A DNA stretch of 64,000 nucleotides from an uncultured bacterium (GTDB lineage: Bacteria; Verrucomicrobiota; Verrucomicrobiia; Verrucomicrobiales; DEV007): the NCBI GenBank assembly GCA_963977015.1, contig CAXBMO010000013.1, forward strand, positions 96,001 to 160,000, written 5' to 3'. Position numbers and translations under genes: made by a program. Below, one piece after another: positions 1-9,868 of this stretch (position 1 is the stretch's first letter; the number at the start of each line of letters is the position of its first letter). The notes below the pieces were generated by a model, which was given only the letters and a program-made list of their open reading frames with translations, was not told where the DNA came from and made no database searches.

Positions 1-1
1 G

Positions 2-397
2 TCGAACTCGATCGAGATCCCGTTGTATGGCCACATTGCAGCAGGAATGGCAGAAGAAGCATCGCAGGAGCCGGATGAGACGATTTCCGTGGACCCAACC
101 TCCATGGGATTGTCTCGCAATGCAAAAGTCTTTGCCTTGAAGGTTCGGGGAGACTCGATGATCGATGCACACATCACCGAAGGCGATCTCGTGATTCTCG
201 AACACAAGGAACCTCGTAATCGCGATGTTGTGGCGGCTCTGATTGATGGAGAAACCACTCTGAAACGCTTTATCGTGGAAGGAAGTCGGCCGTTCCTGAG
301 AGCCGAGAATGAAATGTTTCCGGATCTCATTCCCGCTCAAGAGTTGATCATTCAAGGAGTGATGGTTGGACTCATGAGGACTGGTGGTTGGAATTGA
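2..397 (+). CDS. lexA: LexA SOS repressor, C-terminal peptidase S24 domain (5' end outside window)
   Basis: IPLYGHIAAG cleavage site, VRGDSM catalytic Ser and TLKR catalytic Lys; frame is open to the window edge. Confidence 0.9.
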   Translation, partial: SNSIEIPLYGHIAAGMAEEASQEPDETISVDPTSMGLSRNAKVFALKVRGDSMIDAHITEGDLVILEHKEPRNRDVVAALIDGETTLKRFIVEGSRPFLRAENEMFPDLIPAQELIIQGVMVGLMRTGGWN

Positions 398-637
398 GGC
401 AGGTGTCAGGTTCCAAGGGCGTTGGAAACTGATGTTAGAAGCGCAAGCTGCTCTTGGGTTTTAGGACCGGCTTCGCGTAATGCTTGAGATGCGGCCCTTT
501 TGCCGTTGGGCAATGTTTTTTTAGAGCTTTGTGAGGATACGCATTGCTGCCCCGAGCCATCATTCTCAGTCGACAAAATCACTCGCAGCGCGTCTCGGCC
601 TCGGTTTCAAACGCTCCCCGGCAACGGTTGGGCCCTG

Positions 638-2563
638 CTAGGATGCTGTTCCGCTGTCTTCCTCGTGGAGGTATTCCTTCGGTTTGTAGAATCGAAGCAC
701 GGGCAGGTAGGCAAACGCTGTTACCAACATGAAGATGGCAAAAAACCAGAAGTATGGCGCTCCTTCCAGCAGTGTGAGTCCACCCACGAATGGGCTCCTG
801 CTCACGGTTGGTGTTGGCTCATCACTTTTTGTGTCGACTGAATTGGCGAGTCCAAGTTCTTGTTTGCGCCGGTCAATCCAGGAAACGTCGGGACGGAACG
901 CGGATTCGATTCCTCCCAGCCAGCCGCCCTCCTTGGGCGGATCGGGAATGCTGATCTCGAGCCGGATGCCCTGATCCCACTCGGTCTTGTGCTTTTTGTC
1001 GGGACCGGAAGAGGTCACCCGGCTTTGAGCGCGGGTCACCATCGCGTAGAGCAAGGGTTCGCCCCAGGGGTCCTTCAATCCTTCCAGCAACGCCTGTCCT
1101 TGTTCCGGCGAAAGGCTTAGCCAATCATTGTTCGGGATCTCGGCTTCGAGGCGTGCGGCTGCTTCATCGAGGACTTCGCGGCTCGCAAATTGGATGTCCT
1201 GACGAACGGCTGCTTCGTAGATGGCCGTGAGGTCGTCTTCGGTTCCTTTTTCCTTGTCGAGGCCGTCCAAAACGATCGTGACCGGTTCCGTTTTCGTGAA
1301 ATTGTCCGGGTCCGCCTCAAATCGGGTGTCAGCGACTTTGATTGGATTGGGCACCTGGATCAGGTGATTGACCGCCTCGGTAATAAAGTTCCCCAGCGAA
1401 ACGGAAAGAAAGAAGATCCCCATGATGAACGATTTCATCGCTCTTGGAGCCTGGGTGTAGCTGAATTCCAGCGCGACGATCGAGACCATTACTTCTCCCG
1501 CAGTCAGGAGAACAAAGGCGAGTAGCTGCCAGCCGACAGATGGTCTGGCCCCCGCATCAACCGCTTCTTGAACCAGTGCGATAACGACAAAGGACAGCGC
1601 AGTGATAAAGAGGCCGATCGCGATTTTGCGAAGTGGCGTCAGGGGGAAATAGTTGTCGATCCACGGGTAAAGTACAAAGGTGAAAAGTGGGATAAACGTC
1701 AGGACCAGGATCGGGTTGATGGCTTGAACCTGGGAGGGTAACCATTTGATTCCGAATTGGAGATTCAAATCCTGTGCTTGCAGGACCCAGGAGGAGCTGT
1801 GCTGATCAAACAGCATCCAGAACATCGTTACAAAGAGGTAGATCACCACCAACTTGCCGATCGCAGCTTTTCCTTCCGGTCCCCAGATTTCGCGCAGCGC
1901 GTCCATCCCCCGGGGAGGAATGTGGATGAACTTCCAGCGCCCGATCCAGAAGACGAGTGTCGCCAATGCCATCAAGATGCCAGGAACTCCAAAGGCCCAA
2001 TGCGGTCCGTGCCACTTCAGGAGCCACGGCGTCAACATGGAAGAAAGGAAGGCGCCAAAATTGATCGACCAATAGAAGTAATTGAATACCTTGGTCAGAA
2101 GATGGCTGTTCGATTGGCCGAATTGATCACCGACATGGGCGGAGACGCAGGGTTTGATGCCACCTGCGCCAACCGTGATCAGCCACAAACCCGTCATCAA
2201 GAGCAGCTCGACTTCCCCAAATTGCCCCATCATGGCCAATGCTAGGTGCCCGAGACAGTAGACGATCGAGAGCCAGATGATGGTGTAGTACTTGCCAAGC
2301 AGCACATCTGCCAAAAGCGCACCCAAAATTGGCGTCAAATAGACCAGGCCGGCAAAGTGATGGAACTTGGCGTTGGCCTCCGGTCCCGTCATCGGTTCTC
2401 CCGGGCGGTCACCCATCAAATGCAGGTAGCCGACCATGAAAACAACGAGGATATTCCGCATCCCGTAGTAACTGAAGCGCTCGGCGGCTTCGTTCCCGAC
2501 GATGTAGGGGATGCCGGGTGGCATCGTTGTGCGGGGTTCGGGAGCGGTACGGTAAGTCGCCAT
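638..2563 (-). CDS. POT/PTR-family proton-dependent oligopeptide transporter with a large insert before the last TM helix
   Basis: ExxERFSYYG motif, GGIKP, FYWSINFG and EFSYTQAP motifs. Confidence 0.92.
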   Translation of the reverse strand: MATYRTAPEPRTTMPPGIPYIVGNEAAERFSYYGMRNILVVFMVGYLHLMGDRPGEPMTGPEANAKFHHFAGLVYLTPILGALLADVLLGKYYTIIWLSIVYCLGHLALAMMGQFGEVELLLMTGLWLITVGAGGIKPCVSAHVGDQFGQSNSHLLTKVFNYFYWSINFGAFLSSMLTPWLLKWHGPHWAFGVPGILMALATLVFWIGRWKFIHIPPRGMDALREIWGPEGKAAIGKLVVIYLFVTMFWMLFDQHSSSWVLQAQDLNLQFGIKWLPSQVQAINPILVLTFIPLFTFVLYPWIDNYFPLTPLRKIAIGLFITALSFVVIALVQEAVDAGARPSVGWQLLAFVLLTAGEVMVSIVALEFSYTQAPRAMKSFIMGIFFLSVSLGNFITEAVNHLIQVPNPIKVADTRFEADPDNFTKTEPVTIVLDGLDKEKGTEDDLTAIYEAAVRQDIQFASREVLDEAAARLEAEIPNNDWLSLSPEQGQALLEGLKDPWGEPLLYAMVTRAQSRVTSSGPDKKHKTEWDQGIRLEISIPDPPKEGGWLGGIESAFRPDVSWIDRRKQELGLANSVDTKSDEPTPTVSRSPFVGGLTLLEGAPYFWFFAIFMLVTAFAYLPVLRFYKPKEYLHEEDSGTAS

Positions 2564-2648
2564 GGGAGGATGTTGTTAGCGTTTTCGAGCGGGAAGGGCA
2601 AGTGCTGGATGGCTTGCAAATTGGTTCGGGCTCGCTCAGATTCCGCCG

Positions 2649-3053
2649 ATGGCTTTTTCCGCGACCAGAGTTCTCTTCGTTTTTGTCGGCCTGTTTGGTT
2701 TCGTGGCGGCGTTTTCGGCGGTGGACAGCCTTCGGCGTGAGACTTTGGAGGTGGTTTCGGAGCCGACATCGCTCGGTGATGAGCATTTTTTCCCCAATGA
2801 ATCGGATTTCGCGCTTTGGGATCCTGTTTTGACTCTGAATGCAAAGCCACTTTACCGGGCGAACAGCGGGCTTCCGGAGAAACGTGATTGGCTCATGGTT
2901 CCCGATCAATTCGACGATTCGGGCGAGTGGTTGCTCTATCTTGAAACGCTTCCGCGGGGGAGTTCGCGCGAATTGGATCCGGAGTTGCGCTATTTGAAGG
3001 TTGGGAAAGATCAATACCTTCGGCTAACGAAAAAAGCTCCCCCAGAGGCCTGA
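2649..3053 (+). CDS. Hypothetical protein with N-terminal hydrophobic anchor
   Basis: 134-aa ORF filling the gap between the POT gene and purH. Confidence 0.6.
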   Translation: MAFSATRVLFVFVGLFGFVAAFSAVDSLRRETLEVVSEPTSLGDEHFFPNESDFALWDPVLTLNAKPLYRANSGLPEKRDWLMVPDQFDDSGEWLLYLETLPRGSSRELDPELRYLKVGKDQYLRLTKKAPPEA

Positions 3054-3128
3054 GATTTGCGCTTGAACCGATGAATTTCCCGGTCAAGGCTTCGCTTCCG
3101 CGTCCCAACCACGTCGCGGCCTTTCCTT

Positions 3129-4667
3129 ATGAGCATCCAACGCGCTCTCATCTCCGTATCTGACAAGACCGGCCTCGATTCACTGGCGCAAGCGCTCCAT
3201 GAACAGGATGTTGAAATCTTGTCGACCGGAGGGACCGCCAAATTCATTCGCGATCTGGACATTCCCGTTACGGATGTCTCGGATTACACAGGGTTTCCCG
3301 AACTTTTTGAAGGGCGCGTCAAAACGCTCCATCCCAAGGTTCATGGCGGTTTGCTTTACCTGAGAAACTCCGAGTTGCATCAGGAGCAGGCGAAAGAGAA
3401 CGACATTCAGCCGATCGACCTAGTCGTGGTCAATCTGTATCCGTTCGAGGAAACGATCTCCAAACCAGATATCGAGCTGAAAGACGCGATCGAGCAGATC
3501 GATATCGGGGGACCTTCCATGTTACGATCGGCGGCGAAGAATTATCAGGCTGTCACGGTGGTTTGCGAACCGGTCGACTACGACCGGGTTGTTGGCGAAA
3601 TGTTGGCGAACGAGGGCAAAACGACCCTCAAAACGCGGGAGTATCTTGCGGTGAAAGTGTTCCAGAAGACGGCGGGCTACGATGACGCCATCGCGCGATA
3701 CCTGAACAAAAATCAAGAAACCCGAAGTTCCTTCAGCGTAAGTCTGCCGTTGGAACAAAAGCTTCGTTATGGTGATAATCCGCACCAGGAAGCGTGGCTC
3801 TACGGCCATTTTGGCAATTATTTTGAGCAGTTTCATGGAAAAGGGCTGAGCTACACCAACATTCTCGACATCGCGTCCGCAGCGGAGCTGATTTGCGAAT
3901 TCCGGCGCCCGACGGTCGCGATTCTGAAGCATACCAATCCTTGTGGTGTTGGCGCTGATGCTGAGGACCTTCGAGCAGCCTGGGAAAAAGCCTATGAGAC
4001 CGACCGGCAGGCGCCGTTTGGCGGCGTGATCATCTGCAATCGTCCGATGCCCGCGAGCTTGGCCCGAGTCATCAGCGAGATTTTCACGGATGTCATCATC
4101 GCACCTGAATTCGAAATCGAAGCGAGAGCGATCCTTCAGAAGAAGAAGAATCTGCGGCTGATTCGGATGGCTGACGGCGTGAAGGACGTATTTTCTGAGC
4201 CCATCATCCGCTCGACAGTTGGTGGATTAATGGTCGTTGACAGTGATCCGGTTGCTTTGGGAACCGAGGACATGGAGGAGAACGTCGTGACCGAGCGGCC
4301 TCCCACAAGCGAGGAGATTGAGGCGATGCGTTTTACGTGGCGAGTCGTCAAGCATGTGAAGTCGAACGCGATCGTTTTCGGAACCAGTGACCGGACGCTT
4401 GGGATTGGTGCGGGACAGATGTCCCGGGTGGATTCCGTTCGGATTGCGATTTGGAAGGCTCGCGAGGCGGGGTTGGATTTGGAAGGAAGCGTTGTCGCCA
4501 GTGATGCAATGTTCCCGTTTGCCGATGGCCTGATTTCAGCGGCGGAAGCCGGAGCGACTGCGGCGATTCAGCCGGGAGGTTCGGTCCGCGACGAGGAAGT
4601 GATCAAGGCCGCGAACGAACGCGACATGGCGATGGTCTTCAGCCGTCATCGTCACTTCCTTCATTGA
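3129..4667 (+). CDS. purH: Bifunctional AICAR transformylase/IMP cyclohydrolase
   Basis: ALISVSDKTG, GRVKTLHP, IDIGGPS, LRYGDNPHQ, KHTNPCG and RHFLH motifs. Confidence 0.98.
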   Translation: MSIQRALISVSDKTGLDSLAQALHEQDVEILSTGGTAKFIRDLDIPVTDVSDYTGFPELFEGRVKTLHPKVHGGLLYLRNSELHQEQAKENDIQPIDLVVVNLYPFEETISKPDIELKDAIEQIDIGGPSMLRSAAKNYQAVTVVCEPVDYDRVVGEMLANEGKTTLKTREYLAVKVFQKTAGYDDAIARYLNKNQETRSSFSVSLPLEQKLRYGDNPHQEAWLYGHFGNYFEQFHGKGLSYTNILDIASAAELICEFRRPTVAILKHTNPCGVGADAEDLRAAWEKAYETDRQAPFGGVIICNRPMPASLARVISEIFTDVIIAPEFEIEARAILQKKKNLRLIRMADGVKDVFSEPIIRSTVGGLMVVDSDPVALGTEDMEENVVTERPPTSEEIEAMRFTWRVVKHVKSNAIVFGTSDRTLGIGAGQMSRVDSVRIAIWKAREAGLDLEGSVVASDAMFPFADGLISAAEAGATAAIQPGGSVRDEEVIKAANERDMAMVFSRHRHFLH

Positions 4668-4813
4668 TCCTGAGAGGTTCGGTTTGCCATCCGTTCCAAG
4701 GATCGGACCGCGCAAAGTTCATCGAAGTTAGACAAGGTTTCGTCTGGCCGACGATTTACCTCTGAACACGAGCGAAGTCGTCGCTCGCATCTCTAACTCT
4801 AAGACACATATCG

Positions 4814-5794
4814 ATGAAAGTTTGTAAGACCCGCTCAACGGCGCTGCTCGGTGCAATCACCCTGTTCGCTTCCTCCGCCCTTGGGTTTTCTCAGGAAGCT
4901 AAAGAAGAAGTTCTGGATTCCATCCGCTATTTCGAGCGCCCCGATGGCCATTCCGAACTTCAAACCGCGATTGTGAGTTTCCAACATCCCGAAGGTGCGG
5001 TTGTCGATCTGGTTGGTGCCGTCCATATTGGAGATGAATCCTATTTTCGGCAGATCAACCAGTTGCTCTCGACCTACGATGTTGTGCTCTATGAGTTGGT
5101 TGGTGGCCCCATGGAAGATCGTGGGAAGGCTCAGCGCGATGAACTTGGCCTAACCCATCTTATGCAGCGGGTAACGCAAAATATATTGGGTCTGAAATAC
5201 CAATTGGAAGGAATTGATTACAGCCAGCCGAACTTTGTTCATGCGGATGCGACTTGGGATCAATGGGATTCGCTGATGAAGTCTCGAGATCAGAATATGG
5301 CGACTCTCTTTCGCCGTGCGATGGAGTTGGAGGGCGATCCTGCGATGAAGGAGAAAGTAGAGCAGATGGGGAGCGAAGAAATGATGGCGGAACTGGGAAA
5401 GGCGATCACGGAATTCAATCCTGACAAGCTCAAGAAAAACCTGGCCCCGCTTTTGGCAAACAGTGAAACGTTTATCGATATGATCGAGGGTGATGACGGG
5501 ACGGTTCTGATTAGCGAGCGTAATAAGATTGTGATGAAGGCGATTGAAGAACAAGTCGCCATGGGTCAGAAAAAGGTCGCGGTCTTCTACGGTGCCGGGC
5601 ACATGCCGGATTTTGAGAAGCGTCTTACGGCATTAGGTTATACCCAGGGTGATACCCAGTGGATTCAAGCGTGGGACATCGGCGACGGAACAACGCCACT
5701 CAACGGCTTGGATATCGTCGAGAATTTGCTCAAAGACGACTACGTCGTTGAGAGCGTGATGGGCTTTCTGCGGGGCCTGGTTCCTCAGGAATAA
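4814..5794 (+). CDS. Exported TraB/GumN-like protein
   Basis: Signal peptide; LVGAVHIG, ERN and VFYGAGHM motifs. Confidence 0.65.
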   Translation: MKVCKTRSTALLGAITLFASSALGFSQEAKEEVLDSIRYFERPDGHSELQTAIVSFQHPEGAVVDLVGAVHIGDESYFRQINQLLSTYDVVLYELVGGPMEDRGKAQRDELGLTHLMQRVTQNILGLKYQLEGIDYSQPNFVHADATWDQWDSLMKSRDQNMATLFRRAMELEGDPAMKEKVEQMGSEEMMAELGKAITEFNPDKLKKNLAPLLANSETFIDMIEGDDGTVLISERNKIVMKAIEEQVAMGQKKVAVFYGAGHMPDFEKRLTALGYTQGDTQWIQAWDIGDGTTPLNGLDIVENLLKDDYVVESVMGFLRGLVPQE

Positions 5795-5820
5795 ACAGAT
5801 CCAGTCTTCTTCATAGTGCC

Positions 5821-5856
5821 AAGCCGCGGAACCTTGATTGGTTTCGCGGCTTTTTT
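5821..5856 (+). terminator. Rho-independent terminator
   Basis: gccgcggaacc-ttgatt-ggtttcgcggc hairpin followed by T6. Confidence 0.85.
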
Positions 5857-5930
5857 GTTCAGGGCTTTGTCAGGTTACTGAGGCGCTCATTTGCTTGACC
5901 GGGGAAGGATGCAGGCTTTGATACTTTGGA

Positions 5931-6539
5931 ATGACGAACGGCAAATTTGGCATGGTTTCAGTGTTGGTGGCGGGAAGCTTTGGCTTGGCGATAATGGCGA
6001 TGACTTCGTGCTCTGGGGAAAGTGAACTCGCCAGAATTGAGAAGTTGGCGGCACGCAAACCCAAGTCTTTTCTTCATCATCTGCTCCTCAATGTTGAACC
6101 CGAATACTTCTATTGGGCAAAAACAGGAAGAGGCCTCAATGCGCTTTGGGGAGAGATCATTTTCGAGGCGGATCGAATCGAGGTCGACGGAAACAGGATC
6201 AGCATTGGCGCCAACTTCATCGGGTATTCGCTCAGTTCGCTGGATTTTGAACGGCAGGGGGAGCACTATCGCCAGATTCTGAAGGACAAGGATGACGAAG
6301 GCTCGCTGGTATTTAAAGAGTCCCTGATCGTTCACAAGACGACGGACGAATACGTTTACATCAATGTTGCTGACCATTTTTTCAATGGCCGGGTTGCCGA
6401 GCAGTTGCTGCTGAAGATTCCCAAAAACGCGGAAGCCAAGTCGGAAATATTTCGCGACCGAATGAACAACTCCGCATTCCGGGAACTCAAGAAAGCCTCG
6501 CGGCAAGCCCTGCTTGACTACATTGCCAGCAAGACCTGA
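5931..6539 (+). CDS. Hypothetical lipoprotein
   Basis: Hydrophobic leader ending in lipobox-like MTS-C. Confidence 0.6.
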   Translation: MTNGKFGMVSVLVAGSFGLAIMAMTSCSGESELARIEKLAARKPKSFLHHLLLNVEPEYFYWAKTGRGLNALWGEIIFEADRIEVDGNRISIGANFIGYSLSSLDFERQGEHYRQILKDKDDEGSLVFKESLIVHKTTDEYVYINVADHFFNGRVAEQLLLKIPKNAEAKSEIFRDRMNNSAFRELKKASRQALLDYIASKT

Positions 6540-6599
6540 CCCCGTTGGGAAAATGCCATTCGCAGCTTGCGGGATCTTCCCGCCCGTCAAGATTGAGGA

Positions 6600-8027
6600 A
6601 TGAGTTCAAGAGAAACCCCTTCTGAATTATCCCGCCGTTCAGTGCTCAAAGCAGGCGGAGCCGTCGCAACCACTTCAGCACTCGCAGGAATCACTCTACC
6701 CCACGTTCATGCGGCGAATGACGATCCCACGATTCGGCTTGCCTTGGTTGGGTGCGGAGGTCGCGGAGCTGGAGCGGTTCAGAACGCGCTGAAAACGTCG
6801 ACCGAACAAGGACCGGTCAAGCTTCATGCGATGGCCGACGTTTTCGAAAACAATCTCGAAAGCAAGCACCGGGCTCTGACCGCTCGCGAAGATATGGCGC
6901 GCAACGTCGATGTGCCGCCTGAGCGCAGGTTCATCGGTTTTGACGGGTTTCGGAATGCGATCGACACCTTGCGGCCGGGCGACGTCGCCATTTTCACCAC
7001 GCCATGTGCCTTTCGAGCCGTTCACTACGAGTATGCGATCGAAAAAGGCGTCAACGTCTTCATGGAAAAGCCCGTCACTCCGGACGGCCCGACCACAAAG
7101 AAGATGTTTGAGCTCAACAAGAAGGCGAAAGCGAAGAATCTGAAGGTTGGGGTCGGCCTGATGTGTCGCCACTGCGTCGCGCGGGGGGAGTTGGCAAAAC
7201 GGGTTCAAGATGGCGAGATTGGGGACATCATCAATATGCGGGCCTATCGCATGCAGGGACCGATCGGATCCTGCTTTTCCAAGCCGAATCCTGGGGACAT
7301 GAGCGATCTGATGTATCAGATCAAACGCTTCCACAGCTTCCTCTGGCTGAGCGGAGGCTCTTTCAGCGATTTCTTCATTCACAACATCGACGAATGCTGT
7401 TGGATCAAGGGCGACTGGCCGATCGAAGCTCGCGCAACCGGTGGGCGTCACTACCGCGACCCAGACCATATTGACCAAAACTTCGACAGCTACTCGGTGG
7501 AATACACCTTTGGTGACGGTTCCAAACTGTATCTCGACGGCCGCAACATTGCCGGTTGCCAACAGGAATTCGCCAGCTTTGCCCACGGCTCAAAAGGGAG
7601 CGCGGTCATTTCCGAAAAAGGTCACGCGCCTTCCCGTGCTCGAATTTACAAGGGCCAGGTGATTCATCGTTCTGCTCGTCGGGGCGGTGGGCCCACTCAT
7701 CCTGATCAGGTTTGGGCCTATCCGCAGGAGCCTCGCGAGCCGAATCCCTATGATTTGGAGTGGGAAGCATTGATTCAGGCGATACAAACGGATACTGAGC
7801 ACAACGAAGTCGACCGTGGGCTCAAAGCCAGTCTGGTCACCTCAATGGGAAGGATGGCCGCTCACACCGGGCAGGTCATTACCTACGATCAGATCCTGAA
7901 CCACGATCACGAATTCGGTCCCGGCGCGGGCAAATTGACTTTGGAGTCCGACTCCCCGCTCATGCCTGATTCCGATGGTCGCTATCCGATTCCTCAGCCC
8001 GGCATCAAGCAGGATCGGGAATACTAA
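6600..8027 (+). CDS. Tat-exported Gfo/Idh/MocA oxidoreductase
   Basis: SRRSVLK Tat motif, LVGCGGRG, EKP and HNID motifs. Confidence 0.92.
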   Translation: MSSRETPSELSRRSVLKAGGAVATTSALAGITLPHVHAANDDPTIRLALVGCGGRGAGAVQNALKTSTEQGPVKLHAMADVFENNLESKHRALTAREDMARNVDVPPERRFIGFDGFRNAIDTLRPGDVAIFTTPCAFRAVHYEYAIEKGVNVFMEKPVTPDGPTTKKMFELNKKAKAKNLKVGVGLMCRHCVARGELAKRVQDGEIGDIINMRAYRMQGPIGSCFSKPNPGDMSDLMYQIKRFHSFLWLSGGSFSDFFIHNIDECCWIKGDWPIEARATGGRHYRDPDHIDQNFDSYSVEYTFGDGSKLYLDGRNIAGCQQEFASFAHGSKGSAVISEKGHAPSRARIYKGQVIHRSARRGGGPTHPDQVWAYPQEPREPNPYDLEWEALIQAIQTDTEHNEVDRGLKASLVTSMGRMAAHTGQVITYDQILNHDHEFGPGAGKLTLESDSPLMPDSDGRYPIPQPGIKQDREY

Positions 8028-8155
8028 CTCTCCCTTTACGGGGACGAGATCACCCTTCGCCAATTTCCCGGCAAAGCGTCCAAAGTTTTTCCTTGGACGA
8101 GGGAGGCGATTGCGTTAAGGAAAATCTCTACGCTAATCTATAGACCCTTCGAAAA

Positions 8156-8959
8156 ATGCCTCACGTTCAAACCAACGGAATCAACATGTATTACGAGGAG
8201 CAGGGCTCCGGTGATCCTCTCATTATGATCATGGGAATTACAGCCCCGGGGGCTGTATGGGAAGCTCATTGTGAGGATTGGAGCCAGCAGTTCCGATGCA
8301 TCATGCCGGACAACCGGGGAGTCGGGAAAAGCGACAAGCCAGACGGCGACTATTCCAGCGAAATGATGGCGGACGATTATGCCGGATTGATGGACGCTCT
8401 CGGAATCGCGCAGGCCCGTGTCGTTGGAGTATCCATGGGATCGATCATTGCTCAGCAGCTTTGCCTGCGGCATCCGGCCAAAGTGAAGAGCGCGGTTTTG
8501 ATGTGTCCTTGGGCACGTTGTGATCGCTATGCGAAGTCCGTTTTCCAGCACATGGTGGATTGTAAGGCTCATTTGAGCCCAGCGCAGTTTATGGAATGGA
8601 TTCAACTCCTGATCTTCACCAAACCGTTTTGGGATAACGACGAAGCCTACGCAACGTTTCCGGAGGGACGAAAGGATGCGATGGAGGATCCCAATCCTCA
8701 ACCGTTGCAGGGGCTGAAGGGCCAGAAAGCGGCATGCGTGAATCACAACGTCGTCGATCAATTGGGATCCATCGCCCAGCCTTGTCTGGTAATTGGTGGT
8801 AAGAACGACATTTTTACTCCTCTCTGGATGGGCGAGGAAGTCGCGAATGGCATTCCGAATTGCGATCGCCATTTCTACGACGACGCCGGCCACGCCTTCC
8901 ATTGGGAACAAATGGGCGATTTTAATCCTCGCGTTCGCGAATGGCTCACCGCGCACTAA
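8156..8959 (+). CDS. Alpha/beta hydrolase
   Basis: DNRGVGKS, GVSMG nucleophile elbow and GH catalytic His. Confidence 0.9.
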   Translation: MPHVQTNGINMYYEEQGSGDPLIMIMGITAPGAVWEAHCEDWSQQFRCIMPDNRGVGKSDKPDGDYSSEMMADDYAGLMDALGIAQARVVGVSMGSIIAQQLCLRHPAKVKSAVLMCPWARCDRYAKSVFQHMVDCKAHLSPAQFMEWIQLLIFTKPFWDNDEAYATFPEGRKDAMEDPNPQPLQGLKGQKAACVNHNVVDQLGSIAQPCLVIGGKNDIFTPLWMGEEVANGIPNCDRHFYDDAGHAFHWEQMGDFNPRVREWLTAH

Positions 8960-8998
8960 CTTCCGAATTCTCAGAAAAAGCACTTACCAAAAAATACC

Positions 8999-9868
8999 AT
9001 GTCTAAGATCAAATTTGGCTCTGAAGTTTACACCTGGTTCATGCAAGGAACCGGAAAAGGCTACGACAACAAACTCGACCACATGATTCGTGTGGCGGCC
9101 CAGGCCGGCTTTACCGGAATTGAGCCGATGGTGCTCGAAATTTCCGAGAGCGCGCTTGGTTGCTCCAAGTATTGGCTGGGCGATTTTGCGGACGGCGCAA
9201 AACTGAAAGACACGCTGCAGGCCAACAACATGGAGTTGGCAGGTTTGGCGTTGGTTTGTGCTTGGGACAACGAAGAGGAGACTCCCGAGGAAAGAGCCGC
9301 GGCTGATTTCACGATGGATCTGCTCAAGCAGTTCCCGGGTTCGATGCTCGGAACGGTTACTCTGCCCAGTGGTCGCGCCAAGGATCTGCAACGCAGAAGA
9401 CTCAACGTTGCCCGGAACGTGAACAATGTCTCGAAGCGGGCGACCGACATGGGAATCAAGTGCTCCTATCATCCAAACAGCCCGCCGGATTCACTGGTTC
9501 GCACCCAGTATGACTATGACGTCGTGCTGAGTTCACTGGATCCAGCGGTTACCGGTTGGACTCCGGATGTCGGACACATCATCCGTGGTGGAATGGATGT
9601 GATCGAAACCTTGAACAAGTGGCAGCACTTGGTGAACCACATCCACTACAAGGATTTCTCCGGAAATGGTCCGGAGCCTTGGGCGCAGATGGGAACCGGA
9701 AAGCTGGATTTTCACAAAGTCACCGAGTGGCTCACGTTGCGGAACTACGAAGGCTGGATCATCTGCGAAGATGAAGCTCATGGTGCGGTCGAAGATCCCG
9801 ATGGCATCACGCTGCAGAACGGTCAGTGGTGCAAGGACAACTTGTACAAGCTGGTCGGCCTCGAGTAA
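8999..9868 (+). CDS. Sugar phosphate isomerase/epimerase TIM barrel (IolE-like)
   Basis: GFTGIE, YHPN, PDVGH, HIHYKD and CEDE motifs. Confidence 0.85.
   Translation: MSKIKFGSEVYTWFMQGTGKGYDNKLDHMIRVAAQAGFTGIEPMVLEISESALGCSKYWLGDFADGAKLKDTLQANNMELAGLALVCAWDNEEETPEERAAADFTMDLLKQFPGSMLGTVTLPSGRAKDLQRRRLNVARNVNNVSKRATDMGIKCSYHPNSPPDSLVRTQYDYDVVLSSLDPAVTGWTPDVGHIIRGGMDVIETLNKWQHLVNHIHYKDFSGNGPEPWAQMGTGKLDFHKVTEWLTLRNYEGWIICEDEAHGAVEDPDGITLQNGQWCKDNLYKLVGLE

Noticed and set aside
398-637. Possible sRNA or small ORF between lexA and the POT gene (hairpin at about 407-432)
   Set aside because: No recognisable family; the short ORFs lack coding signals
3054-3128. ZTP riboswitch upstream of purH
   Set aside because: Only an AACCACG fragment; the GACUGGCG and CGCCUGGG elements are absent
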